Shown one piece after another: positions 12,849-26,100 of a stretch of 64,000 nucleotides of DNA. The position numbers were made by a program, and so were the translations under genes. Every line of letters begins with the position of its first letter. Position 1 is the first letter of the stretch. The notes under the pieces are model-generated. The model was not told where the DNA came from. It searched no databases and worked only from the letters and a program-made list of their open reading frames with translations. The stretch lies in the NCBI GenBank assembly GCA_030704615.1, contig CM060734.1, forward strand, positions 30,442,001-30,506,000, written 5' to 3'. Origin of the DNA: Takakia lepidozioides. Taxonomy: Eukaryota; Plantae; Bryophyta.

Positions 12849-13469
12849 GTCAGATGTGTGCATGGAATTGTGCGTCCTTCCGTAGTGATGAAGCCATCTC
12901 CTCCAACCGTTTGGCCCGTGAAGGTGGGAACACATCTCAGCTTTCAGGAGATTGAAATGCTGGAGGAGGCAGGTTTTTCCCTTGCGAGACAACCCCAACT
13001 CCATGCATGTGCTACTACTCCTGCGTCCTCCCGGGTCCCCCCGGCAAATCCTGACTTGTGGCCAACCAAACGAGATGGAAAGCTCGTTCGGCGTTTCCCT
13101 CCAACCGCTGAACACTTTGGCAAAGTGGAGTCCGCAAGAATGCTCCAAGCTCGTGTCGGAAGCACCACGGAAGTACCCGATCCAGGATATGGTCGGGTAT
13201 TCACAATCATCACTTCCACATCTGCTGTTCATGACAGGACCTACGACATCACGGTTTCCAATTTCCCCAATTGCACATGTCCTGATTTTGTGAATATGCT
13301 ATCAACCAGTTTGGGCAAGAGAGGTAAATTCATACCCTGCAAACATTTGTATTTCATATTTTTGAGGAGGATGGTTTGCGATCCCAAACGTGACAACTTC
13401 ATTCACCAGGCCACTATGAGTTTCAACGAGGTCGATACTCTTTTGCAGCGGGATACAACACATGGGTAG
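12849..13469 (+). CDS. C-terminal part of a SWIM zinc-finger protein (MULE-type transposon ORF)
   Basis: YDITVSNFPNCTCPDF-x14-PCKHLYFIF matches the SWIM CxCx(n)CxH motif. Lies inside the TIR pair; its 5' part is lost in the gap. Confidence 0.7.
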   Translation, partial: VRCVHGIVRPSVVMKPSPPTVWPVKVGTHLSFQEIEMLEEAGFSLARQPQLHACATTPASSRVPPANPDLWPTKRDGKLVRRFPPTAEHFGKVESARMLQARVGSTTEVPDPGYGRVFTIITSTSAVHDRTYDITVSNFPNCTCPDFVNMLSTSLGKRGKFIPCKHLYFIFLRRMVCDPKRDNFIHQATMSFNEVDTLLQRDTTHG

Positions 13470-13914
13470 CATGAACTATGTAATGTGGTATGTGGATGAC
13501 CATGATTTGAAATGTGTAATTCACATCAATTCGTCGGCTGTGCAATGATATGGCCTCCAACTATACGGAGTGAGGTCTGAGTGACAACTTTTAGGTAGTG
13601 CACATTTGTCATTGCACCGTTCGAAGTCTACATGTCTTGCTGTCGCTATGCACTACAATCATCTTTTGAAGATGATCATAACTCTCATTGTTATTTGAGG
13701 AGGGAGGAAGTCTTCTCGTGGCAGCCTTTATGGCGCACACTTTGTGAGGATATTTTGTCGTCTTCGTAATTGTAAAAGTGAAACAAGCATTTGTAATTGA
13801 ACAATGTTGGATGCTGCAATTGTAGGCCTCAACGCTCGTCTTGATTCTATTTAGGCAAGATTCCCTGCATTAATTCCACGGTAATGGGACCATCCACGGT
13901 TATAGGCGGCGCAT

Positions 13915-14559
13915 GTTAATGCTGACGTGGCAGTTGACGGACAGTGCCACGTCATCATTTACCGCCACATCAGCATGCTGACATGACGCTCATGCCACGT
14001 CAGCGTGTGTGCAGGCTCACGCCACGTCAGCTGGCGTGAGCGTACGCTCACGCCACGTCACTCCTGCGTGAGCGTACGCTCGCGCGCTCACGTGCAACGC
14101 TCACGCCATTGCGTCGTTGCGCGTCGTGGATCGGAGGAGGGGATCGACGTCGGGGGAACGCCACGTGACGATGGACGCGTCATGGGGCCTTCATTCGGCT
14201 GTCATCCATCCCTTGCGCGGGAGGATGGCAGGGTGAGGGCCGGATGACCCACATCATCCACTTAATTGAGGTTGGATGGATGGGGAGGGGATCGATGGTT
14301 CGGGGGAGCGCCACGTGGCTGAAGATGGGGGGTGCGGGATCACTCCGGCACTGGACGGGGGATCAACCCAGTGAGGGGATCCACAGCGGGGTGCCGCCAT
14401 GTGGCTGGAGATCGGGCGGTGGTGGGGGACACCGCGTGGCCCGCGGTGGTCGGAGAGGGGTGGGGATAATTTGACATGGGGCGTCCAGCTCGCCGACGAG
14501 GCTGCCGGAGCGGTTCCCGGCTGTACCTTGGGGGCCGTACCTGTCAGCTCACACGCTTG
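13915..14559. repeat. Right subterminal region and TIR of the MULE-like element
   Basis: Cluster of GCCACGTCA/TGACGTGGC motifs and the palindrome gcgtgagcgtacgctcacgc, ending in ...ctgtcagctcacacgcttg, the inverse of the sequence at 9891. Confidence 0.75.
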
Positions 14560-17500
14560 CAATAAAATCAAGCCACATCCATATTGGGACCGGAGTGCCA
14601 TCACCTTACCACTCGGCTACTCACCCATGCTTGGCATCCTCTGCATACAAAAGTATTCAACAGTGTAAGTTAAGAGGGGATGGGGAGGATTGCACAGGGC
14701 CGCCTGAGGATCCGATGCTGCCCTATCAAAGTACCGTCAGATCGCACACTTGTAGTAAGTTGGTACATTATTCTTATTGTTTTCCGCAATGACCTATCAA
14801 ATGCAAGTATTAGGGAAGGGTCGTTCCCAAGGCCCTTCCTGAATTTGAGAGCCCAAGTTCTGGGTGCTCGAAAATTCAGGAAGGGCCTTGGGCCAGGGAG
14901 GTTCCTTGAATTACAAAGAAAAAAATTTGACATTGTTTTACGTGAACCATATTCATCCACAATCCGGGTAATCTCTGGTAATGGATGACACAAGGGATTC
15001 ATCCATAATCGTACTGGAGCCGTTCGATAGATATGCAGCGTTCGTGGAAAGATGTTGGCCGTCCAAACTAGGGCACGGGCAATCGAGGGCATTCTATTCG
15101 TCCTCGAGCGAGGTACAAAGGCTCACGCATCACCCAGGCAGACCATACTCGCCTTGTCAAGACAGCAGCTGCGATTGTTTGCTCGATTTCATAACGTTCT
15201 TTGGTGCGTTGATGTGGAAGTTGGTGAGGAAAGGCTCACGTGATCGGAAAGACGAGTGGAGAGTTTGTGGAAACAGCTGATCTATGTTAGATCGCCGATA
15301 GAGAACGGCCAGGGCCGGATGGTGTAGAGGACAGAGTTTTCATGGTGTTGCAGCTTCGGGTAGGATCCACAGTGGTTGGAAGTGTATATGGTTTGTGGTT
15401 TCCTATGAATGTTAGGTTTTTTTGGGTGACATTTCGCCACTGTTTGTTTTCTTGATGTTGTAGTGTAGTTATATTTAATCTTGCGCGGGGTGGAGGTGTT
15501 TGTGTATTCGTTGCTCCGCGTGTATGAGTTCTCGTATTGCTTATGTGCCAACTGGTGCGGCGGTGTGGTAGGTTCTGCTTTTGTTTGGATCCTTTTGTTT
15601 CCCCTAACCATTTTTGTGCTTCCTGGAATATTTGGTGCATGCTAGCAGTTGTTATTGAAGTCCGTTGGTTTCCTTCTTTGGCCGAAACTCTTAGTTGTAT
15701 TTGAAAATCGTGATCAGTTGTAGTTCAACTCTTTAATTGCAAGACTTTGCTCTATGCGGTCTTCGAAGGTCTTGCGCTAAATACATACGAATAAGGAAAC
15801 TCCCTGCGTGGTGAAGGGATTCTTCATCCACTCATGCAGTGTATTGTCTGTGGGAGCTGGATGGCCGTACTTTACGTGTGAGGTAATATTTAGTTGTTTG
15901 GAGATTTCTTAGGTTGTTAGCTTTCATAGGATTTACCCTGCTTGGCAGAGCACGAGAGTGGCCAGGCTTGAAACACCATGGCAATGACTCCTGACTGCTT
16001 TAAAGTGGGGCTACAGAAATGTGAACCTCTCCGTGCCCATGCCAATGTGCTTGGCAAAAGGGTCTCGAATGGGTTGCAACAGAAATGTGAGGAACATTTT
16101 CAATCATATGCAAAATACATACATCAAACATGCTCAAAATATGATTTCGATAGGCTCGAACCACTTCCGGGTTGTAAGCTTTGTATATCCTTGCATTGTC
16201 TTCTCTTATTGGGAAGACTGAAGTAATTCCGTTGGAGAGGGTGTCATTGTACGTGGGCAAGGCCTCGGGTTGACCCTTCCCCTACACAATACAATAGGCT
16301 TCTTCATGCATTCAGTGGGACCAGCTAAAATAAAGATCTTTCAATTGCAGAAAGTGAGATCATCGACCAAATGACAATTATGGCAGAGTGTTTCCAGTAC
16401 CGTATTCATGTTCACTGTAGCATGGAAGCATGCGAGTATTTCTTCAACACTTAAAAAGTGTTGAAGAAAATGTGAAAATGTTCGGACTATGTTCCTCCAT
16501 ATTTGATTCCCGCAATTGAGAGAAGGCTCCGTTACATTCTCACGAATCGGTGTTGAAACAAAACGAGAGAGCTTGGTTGTCTGTCACCACCCATTCATCA
16601 AATTTTATTCAAACTCAAATCCATTCAAATCTAACACTTCAAAGGACATACTCTTTTGATACAGGCTCTGATCGGAACCGAGTTTCATGCCTCGGCAGTG
16701 CCACAACGAATTTACGAAAGGCTTAGCTTGATACAATTAGCACAGATTCTAACAAGAGTTACATCCTAAAATAATGAGACAAGTGAAGAAAGACGTACGT
16801 ATGCTGCCAACGAAGGCGAGCCGTCTAAATGCAGCTCCTATCAACACATTCTTGAAGAAGAGTAAGCAGTACAAGAGGCAGGTATTTGACAACGTTGTGG
16901 CAGCATCCTCACTACTTCCATTTCCCCCGCACCCTGTGTGGGACTTTCGGAGGATCAACCACGTAATCTAGTTCGCCTCTCTACCACACTGCGCGCACAA
17001 GCTGTTCCACTCCAGCAACAACTGTACAAGGACGTCTTGAGAGAAAGAACTTCACGTTGGGCCACAGAATGCTGCAACAGATGAGCTTGCTGCTACAAAT
17101 GGCTGCTTGGGTTGAAAATTTTCTCGTCTTCAATGCTAATGAGTGCATGGTACCTAGTGATTCACGAAAGAGGGTCTACTTGCATCAATTCATTTGGGTT
17201 TCACATAGCCTACAGGATGTGGAAATGTGATTTGATGCGGCTTGTGATTTGATGTTGGAAGTTCAATTACTTCAGAAGAAGTTTCTTAACAGTCTTCAAT
17301 GGTGAACCAGCCAATCAACTAAGGTATGGAGAGATTTCATAAACTGATATCTCTTCATAAGACAATGCCATCATGAATGGTCTTTTAATTGGGATCAATA
17401 GTTCACAATGGTATGTACAGGTAAAATGGATCACACAAAGACTGTCATTTCAATTTTTTTCCTGCAGGTCTGAGAAAGGAGTGCACATCTTCAAAAGATC

Positions 17501-18700
17501 ATTTCCTTTGGAGATCTCAAGCCCCCAAACTGTCACTGCAAAAGGAGCATGTGTATTATGGCTGGATGGGAGGGTTCGGAGACAAAATCAGCTTCACCGC
17601 TAACAAAGCGAGACCCAAGCTGCTGACTCCAAACATGCACACCGCTAGCCCACCGAACCCCCCCAGCTGCCATCCACCAAACACTAATTGATGCTTCAGA
17701 CATAAGCCTCCCATGTGTCAGAGCTCTTAGCCACAGATAAAAAAGCAGTACAGTCCTGACAAGCATGTAAATTGCATCCCAGATCTTTGATATGCCTCTA
17801 CAAAGTGTGTGTAAAATATCATTCTCTGACAATGCGCTTGCACAACTCAAGAATCTTGGGCCCTTCTGCCATAAAGAGGCATTAAGAAGTGCAGGTGGGC
17901 TCTGCACCACTGCTCGACTTCTCTCAATCTCTCTCTCATCAGGGTCGATGGCAACAATGGTATGATGAGCATACCCCATGTCCCATGCATTCTACATGTC
18001 GCTAAGCTAAGCCTTAAGTGGAGAGAGGCTACTGACCATTGTAAGTAAGAGCTGGTTCACTTCGCTGGTGAGTCCAAGTGGTAAATCATGCGCGGCTGGG
18101 TGCTTCTGAAGGTGATCATATGCATGCTCTGTTGCTTTCAAAGCAACCACCGCCCAGCCTCCCCCAAGCACGGCCCCAACTAATGCCTAGTCTCCAGTAT
18201 ACACAACCAGTAAGTAGACGTCAAACAACCTCGGAAAATCACGAGATCTTTCAACGGTTATCTGTATTCTTCAAAGCAAGACATACGTCCACCTTTTGGT
18301 TGACATTTCCTCTTCACAGACAGGCACTACTTCTTGGACAATTTCCAAATCAAATAACGGATACAGACGAAACCTGTTCAAATTTCAACACAAAGCCAAG
18401 GGGCGCTTGATCGCCCGTTATAATATCAGAAAAAGCACACGGATACGTAGTCAGACACTACCTCGGCATCGACTACACGACTGAATTGAATGAGCACAGT
18501 AATTGCAGGGGGAATTGTTTCCCAAACCAGTTCTGCCTGGTGCAATAGCAGGTGAATGATACACGGATTGCGTTGATTCACCCTCTTTGAAAGCTCATAG
18601 TGTAGATTTAGACTTCAGCTCATTTCTTAGAAAGAGGACACGAGAATCTTCAAATCCAAAGTTTCAGCAGAAACTGAACGGAAAGGTCCCATCGATTTCA

Positions 18701-19144
18701 TCAGTCGAATGGACAACCCATGGGGGTACCTAACCGCAGGGCTGTTTCCAATCTCTTGGCAGCGTCCAACTGTAGATTTCTGGAACAAAAAACAGGGATC
18801 CACAGAAGTTCAGGCCATTCAAATACTACAACATTCACCTGCACAGGTGTCGCCTTTCGAAACGGGCGGCCACGCCCTCGCCTCCTTTTCGAGACTCCTG
18901 GGGTCTCCGAAGATGGAGTCTGGGACTCGGAAGACGAAGGGTACGGCCCGCGGCTGAACTTGGGCAGCGTGGGTTCCAAAGGGCCATCCAAAACCTCAAA
19001 ATCCTCCATTACACATATCGGAGAAGATGGTACCGAGCGCTTTTTGGATGCCTTTTGTTGAATTATGGGTGACAAAGGCCTTGCTGCAGGTCTGGAGGAG
19101 AGAGCGGGCGCGTATGTGCATTGGGTCAGCTTGAGGGCCGCCAT
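18701..19144 (-). CDS. Hypothetical 147-aa protein with a plastid-transit-peptide-like N terminus
   Basis: ATG in good context (gccATGG). MAALKLTQCTYAPALSSRPAARPLSP is rich in S/A/R/P; single open frame; no family recognised. Confidence 0.45.
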   Translation of the reverse strand: MAALKLTQCTYAPALSSRPAARPLSPIIQQKASKKRSVPSSPICVMEDFEVLDGPLEPTLPKFSRGPYPSSSESQTPSSETPGVSKRRRGRGRPFRKATPVQVNVVVFEWPELLWIPVFCSRNLQLDAAKRLETALRLGTPMGCPFD

Positions 19145-20150
19145 GGCGCCCAGATTCTGTGTACTCTTCTTCCACAGATGATTGTTGGTGCGCAGCTCCT
19201 CAACATCGTGAGAACGGAGAAAGAGACCAAAAAATTTACACTCCAAAATGCCCTTTTGGAAACTACATTTACACAGTGAAAGGAAAAGTGCAAACAAGAG
19301 CTTTCCAAAGGCGAAGGGTGGGGCCATGCGGCTAAGTAAGTTATCTCCCTGTGGACAGGGTTTCTAACACTACGGTTGTACACTAGATTACCAAAGCAAA
19401 CACCACTACACTCAGAAAACTCGTGGCTGAGGCTAGCAATGGTCAAAGCCTAGCTGTAAATCCAATGTTGAATTCTGGCGTTGTGTTTAAGTTTTAAGAT
19501 TCAGGGTTTCTTCAAAAGCTTCTGAACTACTAACAAGCAGGGTGCCAACGCCCACCCTTCTGAAATTGATGGCAGGGCAAATTGACATACAAAGGCCATG
19601 AAAGGTTTGAACTTTCAAGTCTGCCAGCACAAATGATCAAATCAAAGCGCTTGGCGAAGTGTTATGGACAATCAGCAAAGAGGACTTACACATCATGCTT
19701 TCACTTCCTAGTATACAAATGCTTTAGACGCTTCAGGACTTTCTTACTCTCTATTTCAGTTTGCCAATATTTGCATTCACTGCATCTTTATACATTTAAG
19801 ATCAGTAACTTCAACCCAAATCACATCAATCAGTTGGAAATATTCACCAGATGCACTCCTACAAAACAGTTTTCCAAGATTGGCAAAACTGTCCAGCAGT
19901 GGGCATCTGAGTATTGACGCATGGTAAGGAGGCTCTATGCTTGGCGGGATCTTATGGAAATGGCGAATATTTCTAAATATTAGTATTGGTGAACCAACAT
20001 ATAACCCTTGCTAAAAGCAACAAGTTCTAACAAATGATGAGCGAAATAGTGGTGGTTTGAAATGAAGTGCAATCGGTGGCTCTTTTGCAGTCAAGCAGGA
20101 CAGGCATACTTAATCATCCAATATACTCGACCTGCTTTCAGCTGCAGGAA

Positions 20151-23100
20151 TCACCTCCATCCAAAGGAGACTGATGAAGCAGTACCACAAGAGAAGTCCG
20201 TGTCGTCCAAAAACTGAACTGTTTGGTTATAGCTAGAGTTCTCCAGCTCCAATATAATCTAGCACAGTACAACATATAGAAGAATAAAGAAACAATATGA
20301 AAGTGGTCAAAAGCATAGGGCTTGCCTACAATTCTTTGATCACATGAGAAATTTTCAGAAAAGGAGGTGCCCTTCATTCAGTTTGTGCATGATCCAGTAG
20401 TGCAGAGATTAGGCTAACCAGCGGTTCACCAGATGATAACTACTAGTATCCATGTGGACTTTTGCAAGAAATTCCTCCCCATGAAAATGTCTCGTACAAT
20501 GGCAACCCTTGTTTGGAGGCAATACAAACAACAGGCCTGGAGGTGGCAAGTGCATTTAACTTATTGCACTACTGACATACATATTCAAACGTGCAGAACA
20601 ATTATATATTCCCTATTGAGTTTTGTAGTCATAGAGCAGTAGGACTCACCACTTCATTGTTGCCAGAGTGAAGCAAAGGGGCAGGGACATACAGGGTACA
20701 TTGTGGACCCACACTCTGTTCCATCAAAGCATAGTTCACCACACATATTTGAGCAAATTTACTTCATTGTATAATTATCTGCACCATTACCCTTTAGTCT
20801 CTTTACCAACCTCTCCCAAAGTAGACATGACTATCTTAGTGCTATGTTCAGCTTAAATTCTAGCATTGGCATATTCATTACAGGTAATGAGTTTAACCTA
20901 AGACAACTTCTAGATGATTCTGCAGTACCCCTTTAGAAATTAGTCATCAAAGTGAACCTTTGGTTTAAGCATGTAGAAAGCACCAGTGCATAAAGACTTT
21001 CAGGGGCAGAAGAAGCTCTAGGTTTGAAAGTACCGGCCAAAAGCGCCCAACATTGAAGCCGTTCACGAAGGCTACGCCCTTTGTCCATCCCCTGAGAGAT
21101 AAGAATGTGTCTGCTGGCTCACTGGGTATCTCAATTGTCAGCGTTCCTTGGTAAAATGCTGGGCCACTGACCAAATCTGTGAGGGACCCATAGCTTTATG
21201 TGAGAATCAGGCTGACAGCTTCTGACCAAACATGTACATGCAGACCCTGTGTGCCAATCAGTTTCCTAATTAGGAAAGACCAGAAACTAGACAAATGCAC
21301 CACAGTACCAGGGATTGGAGTGGTTATGGCTGCCTTGCTTTCCAAAATTGCTGTCTCCACTGTAGCGTTGGACCTGAAATGGGATGTGGTTTTGTCCCTC
21401 ACAAAATCGGACATGAGCTCTGAAACGTTCTCCAGTGGAATTGGGTAGGCAGTCCATCCAAGAATAGGTACATTGTCCAGCAACACTGCCTCAGTTATGC
21501 CCTGATAGCAGAGCGCACCCAGTTAGAGAAACCTTCAGCATAACAGAGGTTGCGAATTTCAAAGGGATAGCAAAGATCACAGACTGGAAAGAGTGTGCGT
21601 ACTTTTTGGTCACTCATGTAAGGTCCATAATTAACTCGTCCCATATTTTCCACCTGAATCCAACATAGTCAAGCTCCTTGCTTACATTCAAACCACGCAG
21701 TAATTAGATAATAGTGCCATATCTCCACACAAATGATGGGATGCTGCTTGCTCAAGGATTTTCAAGTGATGGGGAGCAAGGGTCTAGGTAGACTTTCCTC
21801 TTATGTAAAGAACATAAGATGACTCCATGACAGCTCTCCAAAACATACAATGTTTAGGCAAGACAAAAACAATGGTGCTGGGGAAAGCTTGTCAATGAAC
21901 AAGATGAACTCTGGTGTCCAACCATCATCCTTCGTGCATCATCTCTTTCAAGCCTTTCTGGTGGCAAGACATTCTTCCTGGGCACCTGAAGGCCATCCCT
22001 CCTTGATAGTGACATTAAGCCAGTGATGTTGTTGTAGTTCATTTACTGGTTGTTTTTTACATGGGAATGGGAGCAGTGTTGTTCACTGCACCACATGACT
22101 AGTACAGAGAGTTAGCTGTACCAGAATGTGGAGCTGTAAACCTGGCACGGCTGCTGAGTCTGAAAGCACCAAAGAGTTGCCAGACCAGCGCTCCAGTTTG
22201 CCCAGATAAATGCGCTTGGCATCAGTCCCCCCAACAAAAACCTGTGCTCTATCATGTACCTGCCAACCATGAATCCTGCAGCTCTCAATGAAAACTCTCC
22301 CTCACTTTCAATAACAAGTTGAAGCAGTCTATTGATGCAGCTGGAAATGATGTCATACTGTTTACGTTAATAGTACAAAGCATGGATCAAGGGCACTTTT
22401 GCACATTCATAGACGCTTTTTCACAATATAGAGTAAAAGATAGAAAGAGGCACATGTCCTCCATCGAGCATTTCTCATTTTATAGAAGTGGCTTTGTTTT
22501 GGTCATCAACATAAGTGAAGAAGCCAACAGCTGTTTTACCGACCTGTACCACTGAGAGTCTGCTTCCTGGGTGTACATTTCTTGGAAGTATTGACTGATA
22601 GAGGATAAAACCGAATGCCTGATGCAAGCATGGCAACAAAATATGAGTCTCCTTTGGAAAAATCCAGAAAACTCTCTGCAAACCATTGACCACATGGAGA
22701 TTCGTCCAATTTACCGTCCATACAAATCTATCTAGGTGACCACCATATGTCTAGTTTTCTGGTCCATAGCAAGGACAGTAAGACTTTGGTGAGGTTGAGA
22801 TTGAAGGAAGGCAGCACTCAAACATTGGAGCCAGTTGACTAATTCCATCCATGTGCAGTATACTTCCTACCATTTCCCAGATGTGTGTGAAGAAAAAGAG
22901 AGGTCAATGCCTGATTAAGCATCTCCATTGGGCTTGGCCAGTCTGTACGGACGCCTTGCTTGGGCTGACTCACAGATGCCAGCATATCAAACAGAGAGGC
23001 TATTTTGGACATTGGTACTGCCCCATAGGCCTTTCTTTCGGGCAGAGCAGGAGGATCAGGGAGTGCACCAACACTATACCTTCTCAAAACTTCTCTTATT

Positions 23101-26100
23101 GCTGCATCACTTGCAAGTATCATCACACAAGAAGTGAGTGTGGATGACTAAACTTGAGGTAATGCTCTCATGCGTGACCTTTGTGCTGTAAGACGTGTCA
23201 TTACTTTACAATGCCTTCAAAAAGCCAAAAGACTCATGCGACAAGACCACAACCCAGAAAGAGAAGGGGAAAAAAATGAAGGATTTTCATAACCAGAGAG
23301 ACAAATGTTGAGACCGAAGATAAGCAGATGCAGGCATGAACTTCCAGCCTTCAAATCCATAACAGCAGTACTGCAGTGCAATGGATTGCCTCGTACCTTT
23401 AAATTTAGAGTTCCCTACGTCACCAGCCTCCCCTATTGGTGCATCCTGACACCCCAGCATCATCAGAACCAGCGAATGTCAAGAGGGACATGGAATTTGA
23501 AATTTTTTGATGGGAATGGTTTGAGCAAGCAAATTCGTATATAATATTGCTCTTTCTTGAGGGCAGCCTTGCCACTTACAGAGCGACTCTCAGTGAAGGG
23601 AAAACGCCCACACTCTGTTAATGTTCTCAGGGTCTCAATCCTACATCAATTTCACATTCATACTGCCTGCAACAAGGATGGAGGTACAACTAGTTTTGTA
23701 TGGATGGTCCTTTTTTCCACACAAGGAAATACTGCAGTAAGGGAACTTACATAGTCATAGGATGTGATGTCAGGCTGAAAATCTGAAGATAGAGACCCAG
23801 TGTTTGCACCACTATAAAACCCAAAGTTTGTACCCCCATGTGCCATCTGCATGCATATTACATAGCCTTACTGCTGTCAAAATTTTCTGGTAAAGAACAT
23901 GCAAGTTCCTTCTTAAGATTTGTCAGACGGTCTTGTACAAAGCACCTAGCACATAGAGTACGACAGCATAAAATAACAAATTCTCTTACTTACATAGAGC
24001 ACAACAGAAGCGTTTAAACGTAAGAGCCTGTCCAGTGAGTCTGCTGTGCTCACAGCATCTGTTTTAGCAAGTGGCTCGCCCCAGTGGGTCAGATAACCCG
24101 TGTAAAACTCCCTGCCGAGACCCATCATTATGCAACTTGTTAAGTGCTCCTTTAGTGTAAGTTCAAAGAATGCCTTCGAAGACCTCCTATCAGGCTCACC
24201 ATGTTACTTAGAGTCCAGGATCATTTTCCAATGTGGCAGCATGGGCAAAACACAGGTCTGAAGAGGATGATAATAAAATCCTAAAATAAACCAAACACAG
24301 GACCAAAAGCAGACGAGGGATACAAAGCTTATACAACACTTACGCAGATAAAGGTGGTGATTTTCCTGGAGCATTGTAATGTCTCTGTAGTTCGAATGCT
24401 GATGCTGCATCTGAGCCGGTTGGAAAGTCAATTGCTGCCAACATGCCATCCATGCACAATCAGAAACCAACCAATCTGGTAACAATTCACTGCAATGAAC
24501 AGGTGGGTGGATGAAGGCTGTGTGCGTGTGAATGGACGAACCTGCATAGACACCATATCCATGGAGAGTCCCATCATTCAGGTTCTGCGTTTCTGCTCCA
24601 TCAGTCGTGTATCTGAGAGGTATATAATTACAAAGAATAAGTTTTTGTTGACCCCAGCCTTTTAGTAATGACTGCAACTACAGCAGCAGTCACCTGATTT
24701 CTTCAACCGTTATCCTGTAGTGCTGTGGAGTCCAATGTACTTAGCCTGAGGTAGAGCACTTCATGTGCTAGGGTGGCCGAAAGCTTGACCGACACTCTTT
24801 ACCTTCCAAATGTTGACTAGCCTCATGACTATGCAGAACTCCTGCTGCTCCCAGGAGTTAAAATCTTGAGTGTCATGCACTGGGGAATATCTGAAAGAGG
24901 CAAAGCTAACTCTGATCAACTACTCTCGTCCTCTACAGTTTTGAGAGGGTACCAACCAAAACTATATTTCTGTGGTAGAAACTATCCCAATTCTTGTACT
25001 CAAAACCTAATACTATGTTGCCAAAGCATTTGCAAAATTGCTAGGTACCAGGACCTTATTGGCTCTTCCATACAGACATGATGATTGCAAGTGGTAAAAG
25101 GTGACGAATCCTTGCAGAGAGAATCATTTGTTGTTACGGTAATGTCAACTGTGTGCAAACTTGCCTGGACAATAGATGCTCAAATCTAAAGTGAGATTTA
25201 CAAGGAAATCTGCATGGTGCATACATGATGAGTTTGTCGCCAAGGTGTGCCCTGACTTGAGTCAGAAGGTGTTGTAGATAAACTTTGTCACTTCCGTATG
25301 ATCCATACTCATTTTCTATCTGCACTCACAATCATCTCAAACAACCATAATGTAAGGCTGTTTAATGACAATCACTCTGTAAACAATCAGTAACCATTGA
25401 GTGTCACCGCGGCAGAATAGATATAACTGAAAGTAACCAAAATAAAGAGGGAGAAGGGGTAAGGGTGTACTTGGACCATGATGACAGGCCCACCCACTGT
25501 GTAAAGGGAATCAGCTAATGTAGGAAGCAATGCACCCCACCACTTGTCAACCTGCTCAACCCCACGTAAAATGATGAAGCAAGCCTGGTTACATGAGTGA
25601 ACCTTAGCACATTGTAGGGAAACAACGCTAGCAGCCTACTTGCAGCTACATTCTTAAAAAGGGGACTAGAAGTTGAATTGGAAAATATGTCCTTCTTGCT
25701 TGTGTGTCTCGACATTGAGGTTGATTCAATGAAATATACATCAATTGCAACTGGGAAGCACAAATCAATGTCCAATCATCTCAGGCTCTGTTAAGCATAA
25801 ATTGTCAATTAAGCAGCACCAGTCTTTATGCACATTATTTACAGTAGCAATTATACGCGCAATGCGTCTCTTGAAATTCAATTGAATAGACCACAAGAGT
25901 TCCCTGCAGGAACTAATCCAGAAGATATGGGTAAGAACCAAAGGGTTAGTTAGAGTAATGTGTGCACCATATTCAGGTACTGGGGGTCCGATGAGCGTAG
26001 CCTCAGTGACGGACGCAGTGCCAGCAGCCAGGCAGGAAAGCCCCCAAGATCCCACTCTGCCAGTGACAAGCTTCACAGATAAGAAGAGGGGGATTGGGGT

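Noticed and set aside
12153-12955. Long ORFs spanning the N run
   Set aside because: Artefacts of translating through the assembly gap.
14900-16300. Several short ORFs after the TIR element
   Set aside because: No recognisable motifs or consistent exon chain.
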